A DNA stretch of 61,581 nucleotides, the filler included, from Choristocarpus tenellus KU-1152 (taxonomy: Eukaryota > Protista > Phaeophyceae), in assembly GCA_964200185.2 (NCBI GenBank). It is 11 parts of 11 records of this genome, joined end to end, with 100 filler letters (N's around TTAATTAATTAA, not from the genome) between each part and the next. Parts side by side here need not be neighbours in the genome. Positions count along the whole stretch, not along the records: positions 21,685 to 26,939 come from CAXNAD020011344.1; positions 27,040 to 30,408 come from CAXNAD020020484.1; positions 30,509 to 34,007 come from CAXNAD020019620.1; positions 34,108 to 43,170 come from CAXNAD020004032.1; 7 more parts are not named here. One strand, 5' to 3'. The notes beneath the pieces are model-generated. The model did no database searches. It worked only from the letters and a program-made list of their open reading frames with translations, and was not told where the DNA came from. How positions within the stretch are numbered: position 1 is the stretch's first letter; every line of letters begins with the position of its first letter. The position numbers and the translations under genes are program-made. Below, piece after piece: positions 24,623 to 37,395 of the stretch.

Positions 24623-26834
24623 ATGGAAGAAATGGAAGAGAATATTGAGCAATCTCTTAACCAACACAACGCAGGGATGAGCTTCATCGACAAGGATGGG
24701 GAAGTCGATGCACGACCCGAAAGATTAACATTCGATTCGAAGGAGAAGGGTGTACGGCCACCAAATACAATTCAAGATCATGGAAGAGTCATATTACACT
24801 TTGATATCGACTGCTTTTACGCCCAGGCATGCCATCACCGTGTTGAAGCGTTTTTCAGGAATAGAGATTTACACCTAGGCCCAGTCCCATGCCTTGCCAG
24901 CTTCGGCTACCAGTACTGGGTCGTGACAGATGCACTTGGTCTCATTGGAAAAGAAAGAGATGACCCGAACTTCTGTATCCTCTTCTATGGTGGAACAGGG
25001 TGATGTTCTTCGACGAGGTTTCAGGCTACCCAATATTGCAAGTTTTAGCGTGATGAAGCCTTGAGACCTTTCTTGGAAAGGTTTAAAGAAATGAGGGTGA
25101 ATATTTGGGTTGTATTGGGGTGTACATTTTTTTACCTAGGCGTTCCTCTGCCTCCGATCACGTATCATTACGACCAATCCCAGGTGGAGCAAGTGCTGAA
25201 TCCGCTATTGAAAGGCAAACCAGTTGGCATCCGCCAGAAGTACTTGTTGGTTACTTGTAACTATGAGGCGAGACGCCTCGGTGTCAAGAAGATGGAGGGG
25301 GTGGTGGAGGTAAGCGGTTGAGGAGCCAATTCAAGTTGGCGTGGGCGCGAACAACGTCCTGGTTGTCCTTCGAGCGCGAGTGTCTAGTACTCGAATAAGA
25401 GATGCACAAACCATTTGTACCCTTACATCCTCACCACACTAACGATCGTCTACCTTCATCCTCGAAAACTGACCTCAACCGCAAACAACAATGTACATGT
25501 TTGAAGCTCTTTTATGGTGTGTCTATATGACTGCCATGTTAGATGTCAGCCATTTGAACATTTAGTAACAATATTATCGCTCCCCCTTGCACTTTTTTCC
25601 TTGGCCATTTTCAGGCAAAGAAGCGATGTCCAAGTCTAGTGGTGCTGGACGGCGAGGATCTAAGTCGATATCGGGAAGCTTCGGAATCCATCTTTGCGTA
25701 AGTGGAGGTGCACGCATGGGTGTTAAGATGTGTACGTCAGCCCTTCGTCTTCCTCATTATACCTTCCTGCAGTTTTTCGAGCTCATGCCAATATTTCTTC
25801 CATCGCGCGAGACTAAATCAAATAGGTTCTGGTTTCCCACTCTGTTTGCAAACCTCCACCCCGATACAATCTCACACTATAGAAGAATGACGATCATAAT
25901 CTCTTCCCCTACACAGCTTGGATTTCCCCTCCTTCCCCGTCTTCCCGGGACCCAACAGTGGGACCCAACGCCACCAACCAATGAGAATAAACACTCCCCC
26001 TTGCCTCCCCTCGCCTCCCCCCGCTCCCTCTGGACTTTCTCTTACTTCGGTTAAATAACTGGTGCATTCTTTCACTGGAACAAAACAAACATTAAAAATA
26101 CAAATAAATAAAAACTACAAAAAAAAAGGTTTGTGGCGGGTGTTTGTGGTCCCCTTGTTCAGCGCCTGGGCCTGGATGACATCTTTGCAGATGTCACGTC
26201 ATCCGTTCTGGTTAGTCAACTACACAAAAAGGGCCCCGATCTCCCCAACACTGCACGAGGCGACAGCCCTGAGGAATACCCAGATAGTGCTGTACAATCC
26301 AACACGCACAATATGTTTGGAAACCTGGGACAAGGGACTGATGTTGCACCTGGAGCGGAGGCCGGGTCTTGGGCTAGGGCAAGGGAAGAGACAAATGTAG
26401 ATATTCATAAAGATGAGAGTCCCTACTCCGCCTTGACACCTCTCACAGGGCTAGTGTATCACCCAGGCAGCGGGGGGACTCTGTTGGAGGCTCAAACCGG
26501 TCAGTACATCTCCCTCTCCCTCTCTGAAGGTGGGGGGGGAGGTAGGGAGGGAAGGGGGGAAGGGAGCGGGGAGATGCCCCTCTTGGACGAAGGAGGGGGG
26601 GCCTGCCTGGGGGAGGAGGAGGCAGGCAGTGAAGGAGTATTGGGAAAGGGTAGCACAAAAGGTAGCTCTGTTGATGGCAGGGCACACGAAGGAGGGCCGG
26701 TTGGAAGCGCATTGATCAGAGGTGGCAAGAGACGGCTGGGAGAGTGTGGCAGGGGGGAAGGGTGTGGGTGCTTGGAGCGCCTGGCGCTGGGAAGCACTAT
26801 TGCGCAGAGTGTCCGACGTGACCTTAAAGAGAAG
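24623..26834 (+). CDS. POLI: Y-family DNA polymerase, Pol iota-like, 5' part. Exons 24623-24826, 25184-25309, 25615-25697, 26129-26834
   Basis: RVILHFDIDCFYAQ|VE, KPVGIRQKYLLVTCNYEARRLGVKK, CPSLVVLDGEDLSRYR (iota-type GEDL..YR), VQRLGLDDIFADVT, and RLALGSTIAQSVRRDLKEK after a long insertion. Confidence 0.88.
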
Positions 26835-27559
26835 GTTTCTGGGATGTTTGCGTCCGTCTGAAGGGGGGGGGGGGGGGGGGGGGGGGCGAAGGGCGCACAT
26901 ATGGGGCAGGTATGCTGGTGAGTGCACTACCCTTGTTTCNNNNNNNNNNNNNNNNNNNNNNNNNNNNNNNNNNNNNNNNNNNNTTAATTAATTAANNNNN
27001 NNNNNNNNNNNNNNNNNNNNNNNNNNNNNNNNNNNNNNNCCCCAGATACTTTGACCCTGATGTGGTGTGGGTCAGATGCACGATCGACTCCCGTAAACCC
27101 CAATATCAACTCTGGAGTCAAACCAACAAAAAGAGGGACCTCGTTCTCTGTTCTGACTGATCGCAACCAATCACAATACTCTCACTCTCTCGATATCAAC
27201 CAGTCAGCTAATGCCTCCGTCCCATCTATCTTTGGTGGTTTCATCACCCCCATCACTCATAATTGGCTCCATGACACATTCTGCACTCATTTCTGTTTGT
27301 ATGCTATTTACCACAAAAAAGTTATAGGGATAATATTATATATTTGCCACAAACGAAATTAATAAAATGACTGGGTGACTACGCAAGTGGCACTGTCTAG
27401 ACGTGTCATGCGTTTTACGGTAGAGTCACCAGGGAGATGGGAGGGGTTTATTGGATTCTTGGGATGCCTCCCTAGCTCCCCCCCCCAGGGCGCAGGAGTA
27501 GGTAGATTGGAGGCACAGGAAGGCAGTAGTGCAATATTGATAGTGGTGAAGTAACAAAT

Positions 27560-27964
27560 ATATTAGTGTTTTACACATTTATTCCAAAGTATTGTATAGT
27601 TTTTCACAATTATGATATTTAATTGTTTAGGGCTTGTACTAACATATATCATTTTCATTTGTTGCCCCCCTGACACATCTACAAAATGTCAGAGGGCATA
27701 ATAATAATAATAATAATAATATGTATATGCCTAGCTTTTTAGTGTGTGGGTGTTACTATCTATTCTTATCCTCCCTGCAACATTTTGTGGATATATCGGC
27801 GAAAAAACGGAATATATATAATACAAGGACACTTACAATGTTTTATAGTGTTCTTATGTTTAGGATACTTTATTTCCTTAGGGCTAATAACCACACGTAT
27901 ATATATAGTTTTCATTGGTTTCCCCCCTGACACATCTGCAAAATGTCAGAGGGCATAATAATAA
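27560..27964 (+). mobile_element. Two tandem copies of a retroposon-like 3' end (hairpin + (TAA)n). Further copies at about 55438-55540 (+) and 56345-56470 (-)
   Basis: All share tttcattggtttcccccCTGACAcatctgcaaaaTGTCAGagggca(taa)n, with about 100-150 bp of upstream similarity. Confidence 0.7.
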
Positions 27965-29559
27965 AATACAAGGAATCCTGATGATGGGAAGATACCTCTC
28001 GAAACAAAATTACTATTTGAAAATATTACCAATAACGTGTAGAGAGTAGACCTGAGAGACACCTCCGGTGGAACATCTCAGGTTGAGAGTCTCTCTCATA
28101 ATCCTTTTTGTTTCCATTAGTAACAACTATGGTTAAGCATCTTAGAGAGTTTCATTGAGGGTCTTTCCTGCTTTCCATCTTTAAAGACATATCTGGTAAG
28201 AATTCTCTCATCGAGAATATTGCCGATAGTCCTCTTCTTGGTTTATTGATAAACCATAATATTTCCTCCGTTCAAGTTCTGGGTAGAGTCACCATACTCT
28301 TTCTCAAGATACTCTTGAGTGACGATGGTCTCTTTGAAACCCTCTTGGGTGATTTTTTTTTCTTATAAGGTCATCATTAATGACTCTCATTGGTTGGGTC
28401 ATGTTGTATGAGCCGCTCAAAGTCAAGTCTGACGCTTGAATTGGAGCTGTCCGGGTTCTATTCGGTTCAGGTTTGTTCGGGTTTGTTTGCGTGCACGTTG
28501 TTGGAGTTACCCACACTGTCTTGGGGTTGCATTAACCATGTACGTCGGTAGATTTCACTCTCTGCTTCACTTTGATCCTGTTCCTGTCCATCTCATCGCT
28601 GTCTCATCAATCAGGACGACTTGATTACTATCGTCGCCATCCACATTCAGACGTCTGAGCCATTGATAGATGTCCCCTTTAAAATTGTTTACCACAAGGT
28701 AGTGTATAACTTTTGTCTACAGCTACTGTTCCTCTTATACGAGTGTTGGTAATATTGGTTTAGCTTTTCCCCTAATGTATCTCCAAAATAGTAGAGGGCA
28801 CAAATATATACATACAACAAGTAAATGTGTAGAATGGTATCCTTCTCACCAAGGTTACTCTAACAAAATTGGGTTAGGAGCGATGTTATTATTTTTCTAT
28901 TATTATCTGGAGGTTAATCTGAACTACCCCATACTTCTCATCAAAAAATGGAATCTAAAGAAGATAGTACACACTTTCCTAAAAAAAACGCAACGACCAA
29001 ATACAAAAGCAAACCAACACGAAGAATGACGACAAAATGAGAACATATAGGAATGAAGAGGAAGAACAGAACCTATGAAAAAAGTATCACGCCCCAAAAT
29101 CGCTTCTATCACAACAAGAAAATCACGATCACCTTTTCAACTCCCTGTGAATGACCAGTTGTCACCATACAGTTTTCAACCGTGTTGATCCACACTCCCC
29201 CGCCCAAAAGTGAGGCTATGCCCCTATAATATCTTGATTTAAACGTGTTGCCAAATCAGAGTGAGTTGTTACAGATATGGAGATGGGAGGTCTTGAGGCA
29301 GAATGGATCATAACAAAATAACGCGAAGAGAAATAAAAAAACGAAATGATACAAGACGACAAGTCCACAAAGAAAACAGGATTAGTACATAGAAATTGAT
29401 GGCGGTGTTGGTGACTTGGGCGACTTTACCTCCTTTCGTGTGACATATATTACCTACCATACCTTAGAATGTCATTCCGTCGTGAACCTCGTTGTATTGT
29501 TACCCGGACACTCATACCACTTCTATTGGCTAGTGCCTCTCGTGCTCCAACTCTCAACT

Positions 29560-29760
29560 CCAGTCCCGAACCCGTCAAGATCGTCTTGGAGGCATGTCCA
29601 CCAGTTCTTCTACGACCCACCTTCCGTTTTTCATTCGCAAGCTCCAAACATCAATATCTTAGGAAGCCACTCGCCCCCCATGCGAGCAACGGATCCTGGA
29701 AATAGGAGCTTCCGGTTCCATACCATTCACTGGATACTCTACACTCAAGTCTTCGTAAGA
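29560..29760 (-). mobile_element. RTE-clade LINE ORF2 C-terminal remnant
   Basis: Decayed translation NRKLLFPGSVARMGGEWLPKILMFG...KNWWTCLQDDLDGFG matches the RTE C-terminal pattern R.L.FAG.VARM...RLPK..MFG...K.W..CL.DDL..FG. Confidence 0.75.
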
Positions 29761-30338
29761 TTTTCTTTCCATTCCTGTTTTTGTGGAAATCTGGCACATA
29801 CCAAGCAAATTTTATTAGTATCAATTTTATGTGTTAAGGAACCTGGTTCTGTGTGATGGGGGGTGATGAGAACCACCAGAGATTGAGGTTCAGAAAGGAA
29901 GTGAAGGATAAGACTGAGGCATGCTGGGGGTATGTTGACATCCTCAGCCTGCCATGTGGATCAATCTTCAATGTGATAGGTTGTGACCAGTCAGAACAGA
30001 AACACAATCTCGGGCTTTGCTGGTTTGAATCCACCGTTCATGTCGGGTTTACCACGTGCCAGTCATGCGTCTGACCCACACCACATCGCTTGACGTCACC
30101 TCAATGGCAAAAGGCGACGCGCGCAAATGCGTGTATTTTCCTCATCATTGTCAGGAGATCCCAAAAAGGCGACCTGTCCCTGACATATGTATACTTTAAA
30201 TGGTAGAGAGATTGAAGGTGTCGAAGGGATAAAGAGATTATTAAAGGAGAAGGAAGGGGGTGGGTATGATGTTCAGTTATATGCTCTAAAAATATTTTAT
30301 TCCTCCTTCAAGTGTTGCCTTGAAGAGCTCAATATATT

Positions 30339-30408
30339 GGCTCAAAGTTTCTGGGGGGGGTGGCGGCTGTCCATTTGGGGCCAATTTTTTTTATGGCGCG
30401 ATTTTTGA
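30339..30408 (+). mobile_element. MITE family A, left end cut by the contig end. Other terminal fragments at 27040-27057, 50944-50966 and 61561-61581
   Basis: GGCTCAAAGTTTCTGGGGGGG...ctgtccatttggggccaatttt matches the left arm of the complete copies. Confidence 0.75.
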
Positions 30409-32182
30409 NNNNNNNNNNNNNNNNNNNNNNNNNNNNNNNNNNNNNNNNNNNNTTAATTAATTAANNNNNNNNNNNNNNNNNNNNNNNNNNNNNNNNNNNN
30501 NNNNNNNNGGGGGTGTTTAGATCAGATTGTTCATTCGAGGCTTGATGGGGTGTTGTAAAACACCCCAAATTGATGCCAGTTTTGAGGATGCTTTTTGTTC
30601 GGGTTTGGTCCAGGCAGGGAGGTGGAAAAGAAGGTGCGTCCAGATGAAGGAGATTGCCGTTACGCCTTACTCGTTCAGCTAGATAGCAAGAAAATCACTG
30701 CAGTGATGCAAAGAAGGCCTGAACAGACTCCTGACCCTCCACATCTAGGAAACAACAGGTCAGAATACACACATAAACACACAAGTCAGATAAATGCAGC
30801 ACTTGTGTTACACAACTCAACACCCCTTTCAGCACTCTATATTCGCACGCCAAAGCATTGTTGTCTGGGCAATGGACAAATTAGCGTAGAGGACAATGAT
30901 GGTCATCCTGGACAACAGACAGATGTGACAAGCCATAGTCAGTCAAGGATCCGATGAACAACACGTACTAGGGACCAAACGGCCCATAGCACTGTCCTGC
31001 ACAACAGGTATTAGAGATCAAATGATGCCAAGCACTCTCCAGGACAACGGAACTCCTATAGATTGTATGAACTTTGTTGAATAATAAATATTGTAGAGCA
31101 AAATATCCTCGAGTTTTTTCCTGTACACCACAATTTAGGAGCGCGAGGAAAACGGACATGATAATTTTTTTTGATCCTTGTATCAATTTTTTTTTTCTTC
31201 ATTCCACCTGCAAAAAGTATTCCTTTTTCGCTTTCTCTCTGGTTTAAATTATCAACCTAACTTTTGTACAACAAAAAAACAATCATACATAGATGGGTCG
31301 CTTTGCGGAACAATAATTTATAAGCAAACGGAGTTATTATTCTGAAAAAAAAAGGGAGGGGGGGGCAATACAGGTAATGATGGGCTCAAACGTTTACTGG
31401 ACGACAGACCCCCCCTTTTGAGTAAAGAAAGGGGCACTGAACATTCCCCTCAAAATGGATGTTGTGCACGAGCCTTGTGCTAGTCAGTGAAAGGTTGTAG
31501 ACTCCATGTCAGACATTATATATATATATATATATATATGGAGAACATAAATTTTATAGCCAACCAACTGATCCCCCAGAAACAATAAAACTGCAAAATG
31601 GTCCAAATATTGACATGGATAATGGACATGATTCGTCAAGCGTGGTCCAACATTGCAGGGTAGTCCTAGACAGCGTTAAATATTGAGTTTTCTGAGTTTT
31701 CTGCAGATAAGAGACCATTTGCTACTGTTGGCGGCATGAAGAGTAGTACTTACCCCTTACCTTCAAGTTAGTACACACAGGTGCGACATGCAAGTATTCC
31801 AGACTACGTGGATTACTTTAACCTGGAGTTGGGGTCGGCTTACAAGTGAAGTCCAGTTATATCTCTGGCAGTTATTTTCCGAGACGTATCAGAAATCTTT
31901 CAAATCATTCCAGCCGGCACGACCAAAATGGTTCCAATGCTTTGTAGGCATGGTCTGGACATCTCAGGATACATCAGACCCAGCCCGGTCTGCGGACTGG
32001 TGCCTTTGAACTTCCCACCACTGAAGAAAAGCTCTGAGTTTTTCTCACCACAGATTTGAACCCCACAAGTTATTTCCGTGAACAATGTAAGAAATTGGAT
32101 GGTAAACACCAACTACGTAAAATTATATATCCTAAAAACAGATCTTTTCATTATATGCAAATATTCTTAAGAGAGAGTTTCA

Positions 32183-32444
32183 GGGTCAAAGTATCTGGGG
32201 GGGTGTGTGTGTGTGTGGCAGCTGTCCATTTTGGGTCAATTTTTCCATGTCGCGATTTTTGGGTGATTTGGTTGAATACATCAGATGGATAATGTAAACA
32301 CACTTTTCCTGATTTTGGTCCAAATGGACACCCTGTTGTAGACCCCCCCCCCCCCCTCCCCTCCTCCTACCACCTTCGAGGCGTATCTCCGANNNNNNNN
32401 NNTGCAACACCCCCCCCCCCCCCACCCTGCAGATACTTTGGGTC
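32183..32444 (+). mobile_element. MITE family A, complete copy (10-N gap inside), 4-bp TSD TTCA
   Basis: ttca|GGGTCAAAGTATCTGGGG...CAGATACTTTGGGTC|ttca. Confidence 0.85.
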
Positions 32445-32666
32445 TTCAGCTACAACACGAAATTAACAGTTTCAAAAACAAAACGCAAGTGTATACAACA
32501 AAGCACTATCGCTCCAACACCATGGGATCACCTGGATCCTTCTTATTTGAATTTGATTTTTGGGTGGAAAGCTGGAGGCAACGCCGGAGTTAGTAGCAAC
32601 AGAAGAGAGGACGACAAATGGCAGGAAAAGGAAAAGTTGTGGTGGGGTAGTTGAAACCAATACCAA

Positions 32667-33493
32667 CCATCTCCTTCAATAGATCAGTGCACTCGTAGGC
32701 ATACCAGATGACGAACTGTGGTAGCAAGGCAGCCAGTTGCATCGCTCTTGGGGGAGGAAATCTATCAATTCATAACAATAAAGCACAAGAATTTTATTCC
32801 CATTTCACAAAAAAAAAAAATTGAGAGTGAATATGATATAATACTGTATAATACTATATAATATGACACAAAAAAAACAAGAAAAATGTTCCGGAGACAA
32901 CTGCTGCAATGACACCACTAAAAAGAAATCATTTACAATCCAGGACATGAACTAAGGCATCAGACAGTTATAGTTCAAGCATCACATTCTGCAGACACGA
33001 TAAAAAAAGGATTGGTTGAGACACAACAAAATAACACTCCTGATTGGTCGGAGTATGCGCACACACGAATGCTTCAACCACCTCACCTGCCCCCACAGGG
33101 GCTGAAATTGAATATGTTACTACAGGGGCCACTAACCTTTCTTCAGCACAGAACTAAAAAACATACAGGAACAAAGAACAGATCTAAACAAAATCTCGAA
33201 CTCTCTGCCTCTATCCATCCGCCCTCACAATACAGTCCATCAACAACGACAGCAAACTGTAATATGCATCCTCCTCGTGTTGAGTGTCAAGTCATAATCT
33301 CCGTAGGCACAAGCACAAACAATCTTTCAGCTGGACATACACCTGTATCAACACTGTGCACAAACTCAAAAACCTCCAACCAAACAACGCGTCCGGGGCG
33401 CACTTGACACCCTCTCCTCAAAATCGCAGAGACCTGCACAGAAGTAAAACCCGTCTTCAAGAATTTCCTCCGCCATATCGAGATCAGCATAGC
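32667..33493 (-). CDS. Possible exons of an unidentified gene
   Basis: Pyrimidine-rich acceptors near 33494 and 32747 precede short open frames (e.g. AMQLAALLPQFVIWYAYECTDLLKEM). The frame is ambiguous and no family is recognised. Confidence 0.25.
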
Positions 33494-33942
33494 CTAAAAA
33501 AATAGGAAAAACGACGTATGAATTACAAAAGAGACACACACCATCATCCCACATCAACGGATACCTCACTTCCATAAAAAAAAAAAAGGGCTGCAACACA
33601 AGCAGAACGCACGCATGTGTAAGGCTTCATTTAACCAAGAAAACAGTCAGAACTAACTCACAAGAAAGTGCACAATCAACGGAATCCTCACACCTCCTCG
33701 CCTGCCGCTGCCGCAATGACCTACAAGTAGCTGCGATTCATCAATTACCAACACACTATCCCCCCAGCCTCGCAGTCGCTGGGACCACAATCCCCCTCCG
33801 GTGGTGCAGTGCCAGTACACCTCCAGTCAAAAGGGCTATCCCCACAACACGACTAGACTGATACCACCATCAGCTCTTGAACATCCCCTTAGAAAGTCGA
33901 CCGAAGAGACCCCCCTCCCCCCCCCCCCCCCCCCAACCCCCC

Positions 33943-33993
<51 letters not shown>

Positions 33994-36743
33994 TCGCACC
34001 ACCCTCCNNNNNNNNNNNNNNNNNNNNNNNNNNNNNNNNNNNNNNNNNNNNTTAATTAATTAANNNNNNNNNNNNNNNNNNNNNNNNNNNNNNNNNNNNN
34101 NNNNNNNCCCCAAATGGACGTGACTCTACCCTCTAAGATACTTTGGCTCACAAAAGAACTGGAGGAGATCCTTCTCGGTGTGTGGAGAGAGGACAACAAG
34201 CGTGACGGGTCAAGTGTAAGTGCGGTGCAGCTCCCCAAATTTGTACATCCAATACCCCATCCCTAATGGTTCAACAATACCGTAGTAACCCCCGCCTTCG
34301 CACACTGAGCTTGAATTCACGTTTTATACACGTGTAACGCTATCGACCTTATGACATCCACCATTAACAAACCCACCCCCACTCCCACGTTTTTCTGTCC
34401 TGGTCATGTCACCTTATCCTCCACACACCCAAGGCGCACCTGACTAGGACAAATTCGACTTCAGAGCGGTTCACATGTTCACTTTGCTGTGGTACACTAA
34501 CCCGGACGCCACCATCGGATCCCTCAAGAACAGTGGGGGGTTCACGCACACCTACAGATTGAAGGTGGGGTAAACATTCCCAACTATGTTGTGCCCACAC
34601 GACGACGCCACACTTGACATAGGGTGGACAGTAATGAATGATTTTGATGTGTTCTGTTGAACGGTAAAGGTCATCAGTTTCCAAAGAACCCCAAGTCCAT
34701 AGGGTTCTGCTGCGCTACGCGCATACCCTTGTAACCCTTCTCTGATAGATTCACTGTTAACCCTAAATCCTCCACTTCCTCAAAGCTCGTTCTTTATCGG
34801 TCTCCTAACGACACACCATTGCATATTTGATGTACATGTAGCTCATGGACGAGGTCAAGGAGCAGTATTTCGCAAGATTGTGCACCGATGTCCTTGCTGG
34901 AGCCGGCTTAGCCATCCTTAGAGGGGAGACCCCCCAAGGCCATCGCTGGCGTGACATTGTCGAGGTGACTGCCCACGTATTCTCAGAACAGGCAGTAAAA
35001 AATTGCCTACTGACGAGCTCTCGTTGACGTATGTTGTCGGGACGGAGATATTTCCAGAGGAATGGGTAAGTCGATTTTGACCATGACAATTCAAGTAACG
35101 TATGGGTGTATATGCATATACCCACCTGCTGACCCTGCAACAGCCACAATGTTTTTTATCTAGTTCGTACCTCGCGAGGCAGACACCCATGTCATCCATG
35201 TGACTTACCGTTCCACTACCCATGTGTTTCTCCATGACAGTTCTCCCACAATCTAAGGGGCGTCCGGAACAAACGGCCACCGGCCGACCAGGACAAAGTA
35301 AAGAAGAAGACAAGAGGAAGGGGGAGAAGAATAGACCAGGGGTCGGCGATCTAGACACGGCGTCTGCCGCCCAGGCGGAGGAGGAGTGGGCATCTCAACC
35401 CTGGAAAGTCCAATTGGCATACATAAGACGTATGCACACCAAGAATGTCCTCATCAAGAGGGCTGTCCTGGAGGTCGCCATACAAGTTGTATGAATGACC
35501 TAAAAAGGAAGGACAAGCTCAGGATAGACCCCTACGCTCATGACTTCTCAGCAGGGTCTTCAGCAGAGGATCCTCCTACCAAAAAATACATCCTCAGCGA
35601 TGAGGTACTCAACCGAGTGTGAGGTTGATTATCTCATCTCTCCACCGTATTTCAGTTCGTATCAAATCACCTCACAGTAAACGCCCTGATCGCGCACATT
35701 AATGTAACCCCATAAAATCCACAAGTGAAAAGGGACCTCGTGTTGAGGGAGGATGTGGAGGAGGGTACAAAATACCTGTACATCGTCAAATTCTCTGAGG
35801 GTGTTACCCAGTGACGAACAAACAGGCAAGCAATTACATCATTGTACAACATTGCCATGGGTTAACATCCAAACATGGTTCCTTACACCAAACACACAAC
35901 CTAGACTGTAATAGATTTTACCGACGTTTGACAGTTGCACAACGAACATTATCTCAGGGTTCTCCGGTTTTATATGTTGCGAAGTTGTTTGTCGAACAGA
36001 ATGATTGATATCTTCGCTGTGTTGTACCGATCGACAGAACCTGGAAATAGAAGGGGAATTATGTCGCGGTTACATGCTAGTCCTATACGCGTCCTCTTCG
36101 CCCTATCGTACAAGCCCTATTTGTCTTCCTGTTTTATGGGCTCGAATAATCCGCCCAAGTTAACGAACCGCAAGTACTCTAATCCATCCATCCTTTCCTC
36201 AGTCCCTGCCTCCTCCTCTGTATCCTGCCTCGCTCACTCCTCCTCACCAACCTATATCTCATCCCTTGCCTCCTAACGCTAACACCTCCTCCCGTTGTTT
36301 TGGCCCCTACTTCACCCCGTCCTTTGCCTACTCCTCCACCATCACAGAGATAACTAGAGTCACAACCATCGTGATCAACCCAGACAAGAACGATACATCT
36401 GAGCACGACCTCGACAAGTTCAACTCCGAAACGAGCGCCGCTCACGAGAGAGAAGTCGCCCTTCTCCAGACCCAACCAGGAGGCATGGTAATCACATGCA
36501 GCCCTCGGCAACAACTTAGATCCGGACTGATCAAACTCCTCGTGGACCAACTCTCCACCTTCCGCAATTTTGCACTGGTGAAGACACCAGTAGCTGGTGG
36601 TGTATCCACGCCTACACCTTGTGAAAGACCCTACCCACCAGGTGATGAAGAAGAACAAGATAGCCCATCGCCTAGCCCTTGCAGTAGGTACAGGAAGGGG
36701 GACTCTACTAGGAGGAAGGCATATAACCACACCCTTGGAACGC

Positions 36744-37395
36744 GACTATGAAGACGATGGGGACCGACCAGTTTGTAACGCTTTGTCAGGTTCAGAGGAA
36801 CCTGCACAGGAGGACGTGAGGGGGCGGCTAGGCAGAGACTCAGAGTCCACACCTGTCGGGAGTGACCCATGTGTGTCCCCAGAAGCCCATTCAGTGGGCA
36901 GTGGCGGCGACGAGTCCAAGGTGCCAGGGAACACCTATGACGATACTGTGGGGCGAAGTGAGAACCACGCCCATGCCCATCCAACCACAACACCGAGGGA
37001 CAAGCAAGCCTTCCATTTCTAAGGTAGCGGAAAGAGGAAAAGGATGATAATTGGGAAGAAGAGGTTGAGAGAAGACTCTGAAGGTGATAGGGACGGACCC
37101 GATTGTGACGCTTTGTCAGGTCCAGAGGAACTTGTACAGGAGGACGTGGGGCAGCTAGGCACGGACTCAGAGTCCACGCCTGTCGGGAGTGACCCTGGAA
37201 TGTCCCCAAACACCCATTCGGTGAGCAGCGGCGGCGATGAGTCCCAAGTGCCAGGGAACACCTACGACCATACTGTGAGGTGAAGTGAGAACCACGCCCA
37301 TGCCGATCCTACCCCAACTCCGAGGGACAAGCCTTCCGAGAAGGGTAAAGGAAAGGAGAAAAGGACGATAATTAGGAGGAAGAGGATAAGAGAAG
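36744..37395 (+). repeat. Tandem duplication with a unit of about 330 bp
   Basis: cgctttgtcagg..cagaggaac..tacaggaggacgtg...gactcagagtccac..ctgtcgggagtgaccc...gtgccagggaacaccta.gac occurs twice, 330 bp apart. Confidence 0.9.

Noticed and set aside
33801-34055. Poly-Pro ORF
   Set aside because: It is a poly-C tract at a contig end.
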